From the IMG/VR virus record IMGVR_UViG_3300026512_000005, positions 1 to 64,000 of that record: a stretch of DNA of 64,000 nt. One strand, written 5' to 3'. The notes beneath the pieces are model-generated. The model was not told where the DNA came from, ran no database searches, and was given only the letters and a program-made list of their open reading frames with translations. Below, piece by piece: positions 1-9,417 of this stretch; position 1 is the stretch's first letter, and each line of letters opens with the position of its first letter. Source of the stretch: a virus. Both the position numbers and the translations under genes were made by a program.

Positions 1-529
1 TTTCAATAACAGAATCACTATTATCTAGTAGTATCGTTTTATCCGCATTCAGTGTAATCGTACCGTTAACATTCTCATACATACCGTCATTAGTAACCAA
101 CAAGTCCTTTGTTAGAGTATCAACGATATTAAAACAATAATCTCTATAAATTGTAAAAGAAAACGTGTGTGTTGCTTCTTTATACCTACCGGTACTCATA
201 TAGTTACTGCCGTCTAATTTCATCTTTTCTAATGGGTAAAAATCATTTACAGTGGGTTGTTCTTTTGTTAGTGGTTTTATAGTACCAGAAATCACCCCAG
301 TAACCCCATCAATACTTATACCTAACGGTATGTCTCCCTTTAGATACCACCTAAGATGTTCACAAAATGGATAATCATCCTCATCATCATTAGTAAAGTC
401 AACAGTTAATCTAAAATAATGACATTCCCAAGGATTATTACTTTTACAACCATCTGCTTCGTTAATTAATAATCCTTTTGTTTTAATCTCACCTATTTTT
501 ATAGGTACTTGTTCATGTGTAAAACTCAT
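1..529 (-). CDS. Ig-like (He_PIG-type) domain virion protein, truncated at window edge
   Basis: Read manually: ATG at 529 overlaps the upstream stop (ATGA); open frame MSFTHEQVPIKIG...WYLKGDIPLGISIDGVTGVISGTI, matching the He_PIG pattern LPxGLSIDxxTGxISGT. Confidence 0.65.
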   Translation of the reverse strand, partial: MSFTHEQVPIKIGEIKTKGLLINEADGCKSNNPWECHYFRLTVDFTNDDEDDYPFCEHLRWYLKGDIPLGISIDGVTGVISGTIKPLTKEQPTVNDFYPLEKMKLDGSNYMSTGRYKEATHTFSFTIYRDYCFNIVDTLTKDLLVTNDGMYENVNGTITLNADKTILLDNSDSVIE

Positions 530-1269
530 GGGTTAATGTTACATACATCAGATATAATATTTACTACAGCAGAGGTTATATTAGTTGTTGGTGATACGAT
601 ATTAACCGATAATAACGTGACAGTAGTTAGACTACCAACACTACTATCCAGAGTTATATTGTTACCCATACCATCTTTTATAGATATACGACCACCCTTA
701 GTATCTAGTGTAATGTCATAACTCGTAAACTCGCCATACTTATCAGTAGTATGTAATTCTATAATACCTGTCTTAGGACTTATTGTGAACGTATATCTAT
801 CGTCTAGTTTGTCCTCTTCCTCATCCAAGGTATCCTTAGCACTATAACTATATACTACGTGTTCTTTTTTACGAAGTTTTAAATCAGTCTCTTCGGTTTC
901 CCAATAAAAAGCATCACTATTACTGAATCTATAAATAATAACTCGCTCACCTTTACCGACATTGGGTGGTGTTAACCTATTTGACTGTTTACTACCTAAC
1001 CAGTTACATAGTAAGTAATTGGTTTTATCTACAGCTATTATCTCTTTAGCATCTTCAAAAACAGCTTCTGTTGCATCCGTCCCTGTTACAATAGTTTTCT
1101 TGGTAACTGTACTTTCTCTGGTATCCTCCTTAAGTAGATCCTTACCATCCGTATATAATTTCTCTACAGGGTAAACCTTTATTTCGGTCAGATTGTCATT
1201 ATTATCTTCAACAACCAACCCTAATGAGTATCGACGTAGTTTACTTATGTCTATAGTTGAATCTTCCAT
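526..1269 (-). CDS. baseplate central spike / gpV-like protein (phiKZ gp164-like)
   Basis: N-terminal OB-fold-like part (RLTPPNVGKGERVIIYR), C-terminal beta-strand repeats (ISIKDGMGNNITLDS...VNIIS); adjacent to SbcC as in phiKZ. Confidence 0.65.
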   Translation of the reverse strand: MEDSTIDISKLRRYSLGLVVEDNNDNLTEIKVYPVEKLYTDGKDLLKEDTRESTVTKKTIVTGTDATEAVFEDAKEIIAVDKTNYLLCNWLGSKQSNRLTPPNVGKGERVIIYRFSNSDAFYWETEETDLKLRKKEHVVYSYSAKDTLDEEEDKLDDRYTFTISPKTGIIELHTTDKYGEFTSYDITLDTKGGRISIKDGMGNNITLDSSVGSLTTVTLLSVNIVSPTTNITSAVVNIISDVCNINP

Positions 1270-1272
1270 GAT

Positions 1273-1722
1273 TTAGATACCTATTAAGTTATAGTTGGTA
1301 TTATGTAAAATTTTCTCAGTCTGCAACATTGTTTTATAACCTGCAAAACTTTCAGTTAAAGTTAATGTCGACAACTCATTGTGTTTATATCTAATATAAT
1401 CCTGTACTTTTATTTTATTAAAACAAATAATACTATCTAACATACTAAGTTCTAAACCTATTACCTGTCTAGTGCGGATTAACCGATCCTTGTATTTCTT
1501 ATTTATAGATGAGTTATCTTGTAACTTCTTATATATAACATCGAGTAACTGATTCAAATGTTTAGAAAGGTACTTTAACTCACGTTGTACTGTAAGTATA
1601 TTTCTGTATACTTCCTTTTTATCATCTTTGATATCGTCATTTTGTAGTGTGTCTATTATCGACATTAAAAAGAAATGTCTTCTATTGTCATTAAGTAAAT
1701 ATTCCTCTATAGGTTTTGCCAT
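1273..1722 (-). CDS. hypothetical protein
   Basis: 149-aa ORF with AAGGA SD. Confidence 0.6.
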   Translation of the reverse strand: MAKPIEEYLLNDNRRHFFLMSIIDTLQNDDIKDDKKEVYRNILTVQRELKYLSKHLNQLLDVIYKKLQDNSSINKKYKDRLIRTRQVIGLELSMLDSIICFNKIKVQDYIRYKHNELSTLTLTESFAGYKTMLQTEKILHNTNYNLIGI

Positions 1723-1862
1723 TGTATATCCTTTTATGTTAATATCATAATAACTCGGACAAAGAAAAAAAAGGTATCGTTGAAACTATGATACCATTAA
1801 CAATGTGTAACTAGAGATTTATTAAACCTGAATAATTAGTTGCTAAATAATAAGGAAGACTA

Positions 1863-4283
1863 ATGAAATTATTAACTATTAAACTTAAAAACTATACAAG
1901 ACTGTACGTAACAGGTATAACATATTTGGAATATAGCCCAGATAAACCAATGCAGATATTATTAGCCTCTAATGGTTCTGGTAAATCATCACTATTAAAA
2001 GAGATAATACCTAATGTAGAGGATAAGATAAATGATTATGACACAGACGGATATATGTCAGCTACGTATGAACATAATAATAAAATGTATACTATAGGAT
2101 ATATTAGAAATACTAATAAACATAGCTTTAAAATTAATGATAAAGATTTAAATGGAGGCGGTCTTAAAAAAATACAGAAAATGTTAATAGAGGAGCATTT
2201 CGGACTTATTAAAAATATTAATGAATTACTCCTATCCACTACAACCTTTACAACAATGTCCACCTCGGAACGAAAGAAATGGTTTACTGAAATTATATCA
2301 ACCGTTGATTACACATATGCTCTTTCTGTATACAATAAGTGTAAAGTTAAGATACGTGATTTAACATCTTATATAAAGTTGACACAATCCAAGATGTTAC
2401 ATGATGAGAGTATATTTAAATCTATTAAGCAGGATGATTTAAAACATCTTGAGTATGACAGGACCATGTATCAACAACTAATAGATGAGTGTCTTAACTT
2501 AAAGATTAATCATTTAGGTTTAGATAAACCTGACATAAACACGCTAATGGTTTTAACATCCAAGTTGGGTAATCTTATTACTAAAGTTGGTAAATACAAT
2601 TTAACATATAAAGATACAAACAAACTTATACACGATATAGAATCAGATATAAAATATCGTAATGAGGAATTACATCTTATAGATAAAAAGTTAAAAGACT
2701 TAGATTCGTTTAAAGTAGACGATAGCTATAATAGTACCACTTTAGAAGCCAGATTAAAGGAGGTACAAAGTGTAGTAGGGAATTTTAAATTCTTGGAAGT
2801 TGATAATATCAATATGTTAAATAATCTTGTAACTATATTTAATAATAATTATGATAATCTGCAAACACTGATAGATGAGTTATACGAGTACAAAGATATC
2901 ACTGGTACTGCTTCCGTACTCAATAAGTTAAAGAACGATACAGAACGTATCAGTCTAAAGATGAGTAGTTTAACCTTAGACATAAAACATCTTGATAAAG
3001 AAGTTAACATATTAAGACATCACGAAGAACAGGACGATGTAACTTGTCCTAAATGCAGTAACATATTTAAACCTAACTATGATGTCGTCAGACTTAAACA
3101 ATTATCTACTAAATTAGGTAGCCTTAATAACGACTTTAAAGTATTAGAAACTGAGTATAAGTTAAAACATGAACATTATATTAAGTTAGCCAATAAACTT
3201 ATTATAGAGGATAAAATAGTTTTAATATTAAATAACGTACCGCCTGTATATAAGTATCTTAAACCAAGATTATCTGATATATCAAATCTTTCCAATATTA
3301 TAAACAACTTTTATATGTCTCTACCTGATGTGAAGATACTGGATTCTTTAGAACGTGAATATAAAGAGTTAACTAACAAACTAGAATTAATTAAGAGTTT
3401 ATCTATAAATAAAATAGAAACGATTAAAAAGGATAAAGACTCCTTATTAACAGAACGCATTGCTAAGATTACCGATATTAACAATCTTACAACAAAACTA
3501 CATAGATATAAGCGGTTACTGTTAGCCTTTAATACTATTGATATATATAGAAAGAAGATTGACGTGTTACTTAGGGATAGGCAAACATATAAATGTGAGT
3601 TACTACAGGACAACTACAATACCTATCTTAATAACATTATACGATTAGCTAAAGATGAAATCTATACCATAGAAGAGAAACTTACTACATATAATAATGT
3701 AAAAGAACACTACGAAACTCTTCAGTCCGAATTGGAAACATATAAAACGGAGTTAGAAGTTAATAAAAAAATAGAGGAATACCTATCGCCAAGTAAAGGT
3801 CTGATTGGTAGTACTATTACTAACACTATCAATATCGTACTAGATAAGATGAACTTTATAATTAACAAAGTATGGGAACATGAAATTAATATATTACCAT
3901 GTGATGTAAGTGAGAACGATTTAACCTTTAGATTTCCAGTTATGATTAATAACATTAAATCTATACCGGATGTGTTAAAGGGTAGTAGCTCTATGAGAGA
4001 GATAATTGATCTAGCGTTTAAGATAAGTGTCATGGAATTATTGGATATGTTAGAGTACCCACTAATATTGGATGAGTTTAGTAGCACTATGGATAGTACA
4101 CATAGAATAAATAGCTATAACTATATAGAGAAACTTAGTAAAGAATACTTTAGTCAAATATTCTTGGTAAGTCACTATGCTGAAATATTTCTGAGATTTG
4201 CTAACAATACGGATGTGAATGTACTTAATAATGATAATGTAAATTATGATGGTACATTTAACGAAGTTATGATAATAAAATAA
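1863..4283 (+). CDS. sbcC: SbcC/Rad50-like SMC ATPase
   Basis: Walker A ASNGSGKSS, long coiled coil with central CPKC zinc hook, Walker B LILDE, H-loop FLVSH. Confidence 0.9.
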   Translation: MKLLTIKLKNYTRLYVTGITYLEYSPDKPMQILLASNGSGKSSLLKEIIPNVEDKINDYDTDGYMSATYEHNNKMYTIGYIRNTNKHSFKINDKDLNGGGLKKIQKMLIEEHFGLIKNINELLLSTTTFTTMSTSERKKWFTEIISTVDYTYALSVYNKCKVKIRDLTSYIKLTQSKMLHDESIFKSIKQDDLKHLEYDRTMYQQLIDECLNLKINHLGLDKPDINTLMVLTSKLGNLITKVGKYNLTYKDTNKLIHDIESDIKYRNEELHLIDKKLKDLDSFKVDDSYNSTTLEARLKEVQSVVGNFKFLEVDNINMLNNLVTIFNNNYDNLQTLIDELYEYKDITGTASVLNKLKNDTERISLKMSSLTLDIKHLDKEVNILRHHEEQDDVTCPKCSNIFKPNYDVVRLKQLSTKLGSLNNDFKVLETEYKLKHEHYIKLANKLIIEDKIVLILNNVPPVYKYLKPRLSDISNLSNIINNFYMSLPDVKILDSLEREYKELTNKLELIKSLSINKIETIKKDKDSLLTERIAKITDINNLTTKLHRYKRLLLAFNTIDIYRKKIDVLLRDRQTYKCELLQDNYNTYLNNIIRLAKDEIYTIEEKLTTYNNVKEHYETLQSELETYKTELEVNKKIEEYLSPSKGLIGSTITNTINIVLDKMNFIINKVWEHEINILPCDVSENDLTFRFPVMINNIKSIPDVLKGSSSMREIIDLAFKISVMELLDMLEYPLILDEFSSTMDSTHRINSYNYIEKLSKEYFSQIFLVSHYAEIFLRFANNTDVNVLNNDNVNYDGTFNEVMIIK

Positions 4284-4302
4284 AAAAGGATAGAACTTTA
4301 TA

Positions 4303-4329
4303 CTATAGTACACTGATAGTGTACTATAG
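4303..4329. terminator. hairpin between convergent genes
   Basis: CTATAGTACAC-tgata-GTGTACTATAG, 11-bp perfect stem. Confidence 0.65.
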
Positions 4330-4333
4330 GTGT

Positions 4334-4879
4334 TTAATCCAATTTGGTTACAGTAAGCTTGTAGTTACTCGTTTTAGGTAAGTACATACCGTAATTACTA
4401 TTTATATAGAACTTAAGTTCTGTCAGTGTACGATTAATGCGTTGTATTAACTCTTCAGACGCTTTAAAAGGATTGTCCTTATTACTCAGGTATTCTATGT
4501 AATGTTGACATTCAATACGTTTCTTAATTAATGTAACGGTATCCGTTATTTCACCAAGTTCCACTAATAGTGCGTTATATTTGTCATACGTCTCGAACGT
4601 TTCTGGGTACATTGTAGTTATTTCATTAAGTACCTTATAACCATAACTAACATAATCACGACCATAGTTTCTATCCTCTTCTATAAGTGTTGTAACCGCC
4701 TCATAAAATTCTATAGCTGTATTATCCTTATAGTTATATTTGGCTATGAGTGTTTCCAGTTCACTATTAAACTTGTCTGATGCATAATTGCTAACAGCTT
4801 CCTTAGGCGGAGTGAAAGTTAATTCTCTAGCACCTAATAACGATGCCACACACAGTGACATAAAAAAACGTCTTTTCAT
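4334..4879 (-). CDS. hypothetical exported protein
   Basis: N-terminal signal-like MKRRFFMSLCVASLLGA. Confidence 0.6.
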   Translation of the reverse strand: MKRRFFMSLCVASLLGARELTFTPPKEAVSNYASDKFNSELETLIAKYNYKDNTAIEFYEAVTTLIEEDRNYGRDYVSYGYKVLNEITTMYPETFETYDKYNALLVELGEITDTVTLIKKRIECQHYIEYLSNKDNPFKASEELIQRINRTLTELKFYINSNYGMYLPKTSNYKLTVTKLD

Positions 4880-5445
4880 ACTACTTTCCTTATTATTGGT
4901 ATAAATTTTATACTTACATCCGTGATGTCTCTTATAAGTTGTAAGATTTTCTCGCGTTTTTCCAATTCTTTTCTAATTTCTTTATAGATTAATATGTATT
5001 CGACCATATCGTTTATAGTACTACTAAAAATTACACTATGACTATAACCGAAAGTACCGTAGTGATACTCCACTTTATTAAGAAATGGATTAATCTTATC
5101 TATAACTATATGCCTACCGTCTGACGGTTTGTCTATCTCTACAAACATATTACTAGTTAAATATTTATAATTATCATAATACCTTATAATAGCATTACGT
5201 ACAGTTGCTAACGTATCTAACTTAAACATAACAATAGTATATATAGCTAAAAAAACTAACAATACTATTAATAATGGTATATGTAACATTAGTGTAATAT
5301 TACCATACTCCAAAGTTACTATGTCTATTAGATAACACGCAACGTCATTAGCACAACTTTTATCATTACCGTCTTTATCATTACCGTGTTTTACAAACAT
5401 TATAACATAATAAGTTATTAATAAACCTGCCAATAAATGTATCAT
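4876..5445 (-). CDS. hypothetical membrane protein
   Basis: two hydrophobic segments; N-terminal part resembles 5655..5930. Confidence 0.6.
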   Translation of the reverse strand: MIHLLAGLLITYYVIMFVKHGNDKDGNDKSCANDVACYLIDIVTLEYGNITLMLHIPLLIVLLVFLAIYTIVMFKLDTLATVRNAIIRYYDNYKYLTSNMFVEIDKPSDGRHIVIDKINPFLNKVEYHYGTFGYSHSVIFSSTINDMVEYILIYKEIRKELEKREKILQLIRDITDVSIKFIPIIRKVV

Positions 5446-5648
5446 TTTCTATTATCTCCTATAATTTCTTTCGTTCTTTGTACTGTCAGGGATTTAACCA
5501 ACTTTAAAAGACCAGTAATACTGGTCAATTGTACAGTGGGATTATCGTTAACCCCTACACCTGTAAGATAACACATACAATATATAATCTTGTATCCTAC
5601 AGTGACTCTATTTCTACAACTGTGATTAGTGACTATGTTAAAAAACAT
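5442..5648 (-). CDS. hypothetical protein
   Basis: 68-aa ORF filling the gap in an operon, 4-nt overlap with next gene. Confidence 0.4.
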   Translation of the reverse strand: MFFNIVTNHSCRNRVTVGYKIIYCMCYLTGVGVNDNPTVQLTSITGLLKLVKSLTVQRTKEIIGDNRK

Positions 5649-5654
5649 CTAATT

Positions 5655-5930
5655 TTACAATACCTCCTTTAATACAATCTTTATTAAATTAAGTACTAGA
5701 AACAGTTCCAGTATACCCATGATAATGTTGTAACCAAGAAACAACATGATAAATGGTATAAAAAGTATAAGTCTATATATACCATAATCAAATTTAATAA
5801 TATCTATAACCTTAGCATAAAATCCTTTACATGTTGGGTCTACCTTACATTCATCATATACAAAGTTGACCGTTAACATCAGATAAAATAACGTAAGATA
5901 TATTGTTAATAGTATACTCCCTAAACTCAT
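5655..5930 (-). CDS. small membrane protein
   Basis: two hydrophobic helices, AGGAGAGG SD. Confidence 0.6.
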   Translation of the reverse strand: MSLGSILLTIYLTLFYLMLTVNFVYDECKVDPTCKGFYAKVIDIIKFDYGIYRLILFIPFIMLFLGYNIIMGILELFLVLNLIKIVLKEVL

Positions 5931-5942
5931 TTCCTCTCCTTT

Positions 5943-7406
5943 CTATAATTTGTTAGTGGCTAGGTTTAAATCTATATTTGTTAACATATCATATATCGCA
6001 CATTTCTCATCTTCCTCTTCCTCTTTAAATAAGTAGTTAGAAAGTATAATTGCTTGTGTTTTAGGTAAATTAACATTACCACCTATTTCGTAAACGGCAC
6101 CTATCGTTGGTGCGTTATAATGTGGTGCAAAATGTTCTGCCAGTTTAGCTAAATAGTTATCTAAGATTATCGTAACATTCATCTGGTCACCATCGAAATC
6201 GGCATTGAATGCTGTAACTACCAGTTTACTCATATGTATTGTTTCGTCACGAACATTTTCATGAAACTTAGTTATGAAGAATCTACCTATACTACCCAAG
6301 CCAAGACTCGGATTTCTATTAAAGAATACAGGTATACCCTTATCAGGAGCCTCGTCAATCAACTCGCACATTATATCATATAACTCTTGATCGAATACTT
6401 TCGCACCACGGAATATTTTGGCACTAGCTTTCTTCTGTGTTAAACCCTTAGCCAATAACTTGTTAATAAGGTGGGGTCTAAAACTACTGATACCAACGAT
6501 ATATGGTACATGTAATGTATCATAGTCATACATTGGATCTAATGAACTTATAACGGCTCTAAAGGTAAAGTGTGCTCTACCACCGTATATGTTCTTTCTA
6601 GCTAAACCACCTTTTCGTGAAACTAAGTCTTTCATGTAACCTGCGAATAATGTAGCACTTTTAGAGATAATCTTAGCAGTACTATTCTGTAATCGTTTAT
6701 CCGATTGATCCACATCATTAGCAGTCGTTATTATTAATAGAGCTAGATCAATAATATCAGCTAATAACATAGTATCATAACTACCATCTTTAGATTTCTC
6801 ACTAATAAATAACTTCTTGTTAATCAACGGTAATGTATCGAAAGTTAGTATGTGTTTCTTCTTTTTATACAGAGTGTGTATAATATTTAACTTAATCCTT
6901 TTAACTAGTGTCTTGTAACTACTGTTGTTCTTAAGAAATGTTATAATAAGCTCTATCTTATTAACGACGTTAACATAAGAACGACCACCTATTACCTCTG
7001 CCAGCATTGGTAATATTAAAGGCAACTTAGGTGGGTTGTATGATGTATCCGCTAGATAACGTAAACCGTCTACCTTAATACTTATTATCATAGATAACAT
7101 TTTCCAGAATTTGGGATTTATCCATGGTAAGTCATCTCTGAATTTTTTAACCCATAATAATGGTTGCATATTATCGAATGGACGTATAACTGACGTATGA
7201 CATTTAGGGCATATCTTATTAAGTCTAAAACCACTTGTATAAAATCCACATTCACATTGTGGAATCATACTTATGTTTTCGCCAGTTGTAGTATAGATTA
7301 AGTCTTTAAGGTTATCCTGTGTAATCCGTAAATCATTTAAGATAACTCGTCTGTCTGTTTGCATATATAGATCATCTAGATTTATAAAACTTTGTACTAA
7401 GGCCAT
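5943..7406 (-). CDS. rpoC: non-virion RNA polymerase beta' subunit, N-terminal part (phiKZ gp55-56.1-like)
   Basis: zinc finger CECG...CPKC, RAHFTFRAVI, NRNPSL, catalytic FNADFDGDQM. Confidence 0.92.
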   Translation of the reverse strand: MALVQSFINLDDLYMQTDRRVILNDLRITQDNLKDLIYTTTGENISMIPQCECGFYTSGFRLNKICPKCHTSVIRPFDNMQPLLWVKKFRDDLPWINPKFWKMLSMIISIKVDGLRYLADTSYNPPKLPLILPMLAEVIGGRSYVNVVNKIELIITFLKNNSSYKTLVKRIKLNIIHTLYKKKKHILTFDTLPLINKKLFISEKSKDGSYDTMLLADIIDLALLIITTANDVDQSDKRLQNSTAKIISKSATLFAGYMKDLVSRKGGLARKNIYGGRAHFTFRAVISSLDPMYDYDTLHVPYIVGISSFRPHLINKLLAKGLTQKKASAKIFRGAKVFDQELYDIMCELIDEAPDKGIPVFFNRNPSLGLGSIGRFFITKFHENVRDETIHMSKLVVTAFNADFDGDQMNVTIILDNYLAKLAEHFAPHYNAPTIGAVYEIGGNVNLPKTQAIILSNYLFKEEEEDEKCAIYDMLTNIDLNLATNKL

Positions 7407-7418
7407 TTGTATCCCTTT

Positions 7419-8663
7419 CTAGTTAAATTTAAAACCTGTTCCGGGTCTGTTACCAATATTAGTAGTAATATTAGTTTTGGTATCTTTAACAACGTCTTCT
7501 TCTGCTATATCAAATATTATAGAGAATGTATCCGTTCTAAATTCAACTTCACTATCCATTAGTATATGAATAAATTTCTTATTAATAGTTACATTTACTA
7601 ATGCATCAGCCCTTTCATTTTGTTGCTCAGGTATAGTTGATTTAGTTTTCACTACTAGCGTTATATCCATATTTTTGTCCAACATGTTAATATCATATCT
7701 ACTAGGATTAAAGAAGCACTCATCAACAACTATTTCCTTATCTTTAAGTAACTCCTTATCTTTACCTATATATTTGATCTCTTTAAGTTTGAACACTTTA
7801 TCTGGGGTAAACTCATCAAGGTTTAATATATCTATTAGCTCCTTAAACTTTACATCTGGTTCGTCAAGATGTTCGGTTACTATACTCTGTAAGTGGTCAA
7901 AAGCAAAACCAGTCATTTTCTTATAAAGTTTTAAGAAGGCTTCTATGAACTCTTTATCAGTAACACGCATATATTCTATGTATTCATTTACAGTACTGAT
8001 ATGTAACTTATCAAAATGTTTACTATATCTAATCCGTCCTGGTCTATTACGTATGTAGTTAGATATAGACATCTTCTCGTTTTCTGTTATAATAACAGTT
8101 CTAGTTTTACCAAGACCATTATTCAGTAATGTTAACATTTTACCCTGTACCCACTGAGGAAAAATCTTACTGAACTCATCGAAGAAGAACACTACGTTAT
8201 CTAACCCATCTAGGAACTTAATCAACTCTGCACTGTACGAAACATTAGTCAACATTACTGCACGTAACCCACTATCTATTAAACGATTACACAGCACCTT
8301 AGCCGTTTCTGATTTACCAGCACCTTTTTGACCAGTTAATAAAACACCAGACTTAAAATTATGACGTTTAAACGCCCTCCAGTAATATTCTATATAATAA
8401 TTGAGATTACCGAATATACGTTCTGGTACGGTAAATCTATCGTCAACTTGTTCTAAAGAGTAAGTCTCTTTATCAGACTTTTTATCCACAGTCATTGTTA
8501 CCTCAAATACTCCTGGGGTATCGACCGGACTTACGTCACTTATAATATACGGTGAATCGTATTGGGTAAAACCTACTACGCCACCATTTCGTCGTCGTAT
8601 ATACGGATTATATAAATCACGTTTACTAACCATAGTACCTCCTCCTCCTGTAGAATGTAACAT
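7419..8663 (-). CDS. AAA+ ATPase
   Basis: Walker A GVLLTGQKGAGKS, Walker B FFFDEFSK, arginine finger RPGRIRY. Confidence 0.88.
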   Translation of the reverse strand: MLHSTGGGGTMVSKRDLYNPYIRRRNGGVVGFTQYDSPYIISDVSPVDTPGVFEVTMTVDKKSDKETYSLEQVDDRFTVPERIFGNLNYYIEYYWRAFKRHNFKSGVLLTGQKGAGKSETAKVLCNRLIDSGLRAVMLTNVSYSAELIKFLDGLDNVVFFFDEFSKIFPQWVQGKMLTLLNNGLGKTRTVIITENEKMSISNYIRNRPGRIRYSKHFDKLHISTVNEYIEYMRVTDKEFIEAFLKLYKKMTGFAFDHLQSIVTEHLDEPDVKFKELIDILNLDEFTPDKVFKLKEIKYIGKDKELLKDKEIVVDECFFNPSRYDINMLDKNMDITLVVKTKSTIPEQQNERADALVNVTINKKFIHILMDSEVEFRTDTFSIIFDIAEEDVVKDTKTNITTNIGNRPGTGFKFN

Positions 8664-8686
8664 TTTTATTCCTTTATATTATTATG

Positions 8687-8705
8687 TTTACATCTTAATA
8701 ATATA
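8687..8705 (-). promoter_or_regulatory. putative early (virion RNAP) promoter
   Basis: TATATTATTAAGATGTAAA on minus strand, upstream of SD; repeated motif. Confidence 0.75.
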
Positions 8706-8730
8706 TGGGAATAAAAGAGTAGAGACTACA

Positions 8731-8758
8731 TAACACACTAGGGTATCCTAGTGTGTTA
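8731..8758 (-). terminator. hairpin/terminator
   Basis: TAACACACTAGG-gtat-CCTAGTGTGTTA. Confidence 0.65.
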
Positions 8759-9358
8759 TTTTAGAGATTTAACTAATTCACCAAGTTTTAGTTTATATGT
8801 AGCGATATCTGTCATAGCGTTCTTAAGTAAAAATCTACAGGTAGTATTCGATTTAAGATTACTACGACGTTCGGCTTCAAATGTATCAAACTCTTCATAA
8901 CTTATTATAAAATTACCTGAAACATCCTCTATAGATATATCAGATTTTATACCAGATAGATTAAGTACTAAATCATATATCTCGGTTGTTACAAAGTCTA
9001 AATCAATATCATTTGGTATATAACCTAGATTAACTATCATAGCTTTATTCTTAAACATCTTACCAGTTATTTGTGGTATATATGTAAAGTATATTGCCGG
9101 TATGTTAAATAAAGAGTTACCTTCCGATTTTAATGTTACTATAGGTACTTTACTCATAAGATGTTCTTTATACTCTTCAGAACTTAATCCCTGTTCCTTA
9201 TAAATAAATTTCTCTACATCTATTTCATCATCTATTAATGATGTTATTGACTTTATACCATCTACTGTATAAAGTACCTTTTCGTTTATAAGACTAGCCA
9301 GTGGTTCTTTTAGTTTAAATGTACCGGTTAAATTTATAGGGGGTACTATATAGTCCAT
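8756..9358 (-). CDS. conserved jumbo-phage putative virion structural protein
   Basis: IVPPINLTGTFKLKEP start typical of a phiKZ-like family found near RNase H (recall). Confidence 0.5.
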   Translation of the reverse strand: MDYIVPPINLTGTFKLKEPLASLINEKVLYTVDGIKSITSLIDDEIDVEKFIYKEQGLSSEEYKEHLMSKVPIVTLKSEGNSLFNIPAIYFTYIPQITGKMFKNKAMIVNLGYIPNDIDLDFVTTEIYDLVLNLSGIKSDISIEDVSGNFIISYEEFDTFEAERRSNLKSNTTCRFLLKNAMTDIATYKLKLGELVKSLK

Positions 9359-9417
9359 ATCAATCCTTTTTAATTACTTATCACATTATGTGATTAATAA
9401 AATATAAGGTTGATAAA

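Noticed and set aside
5943-7406. Host rpoC fragment or pseudogene
   Set aside because: Split RNAP subunits are the normal phiKZ-type architecture and the sequence is far from cellular RpoC
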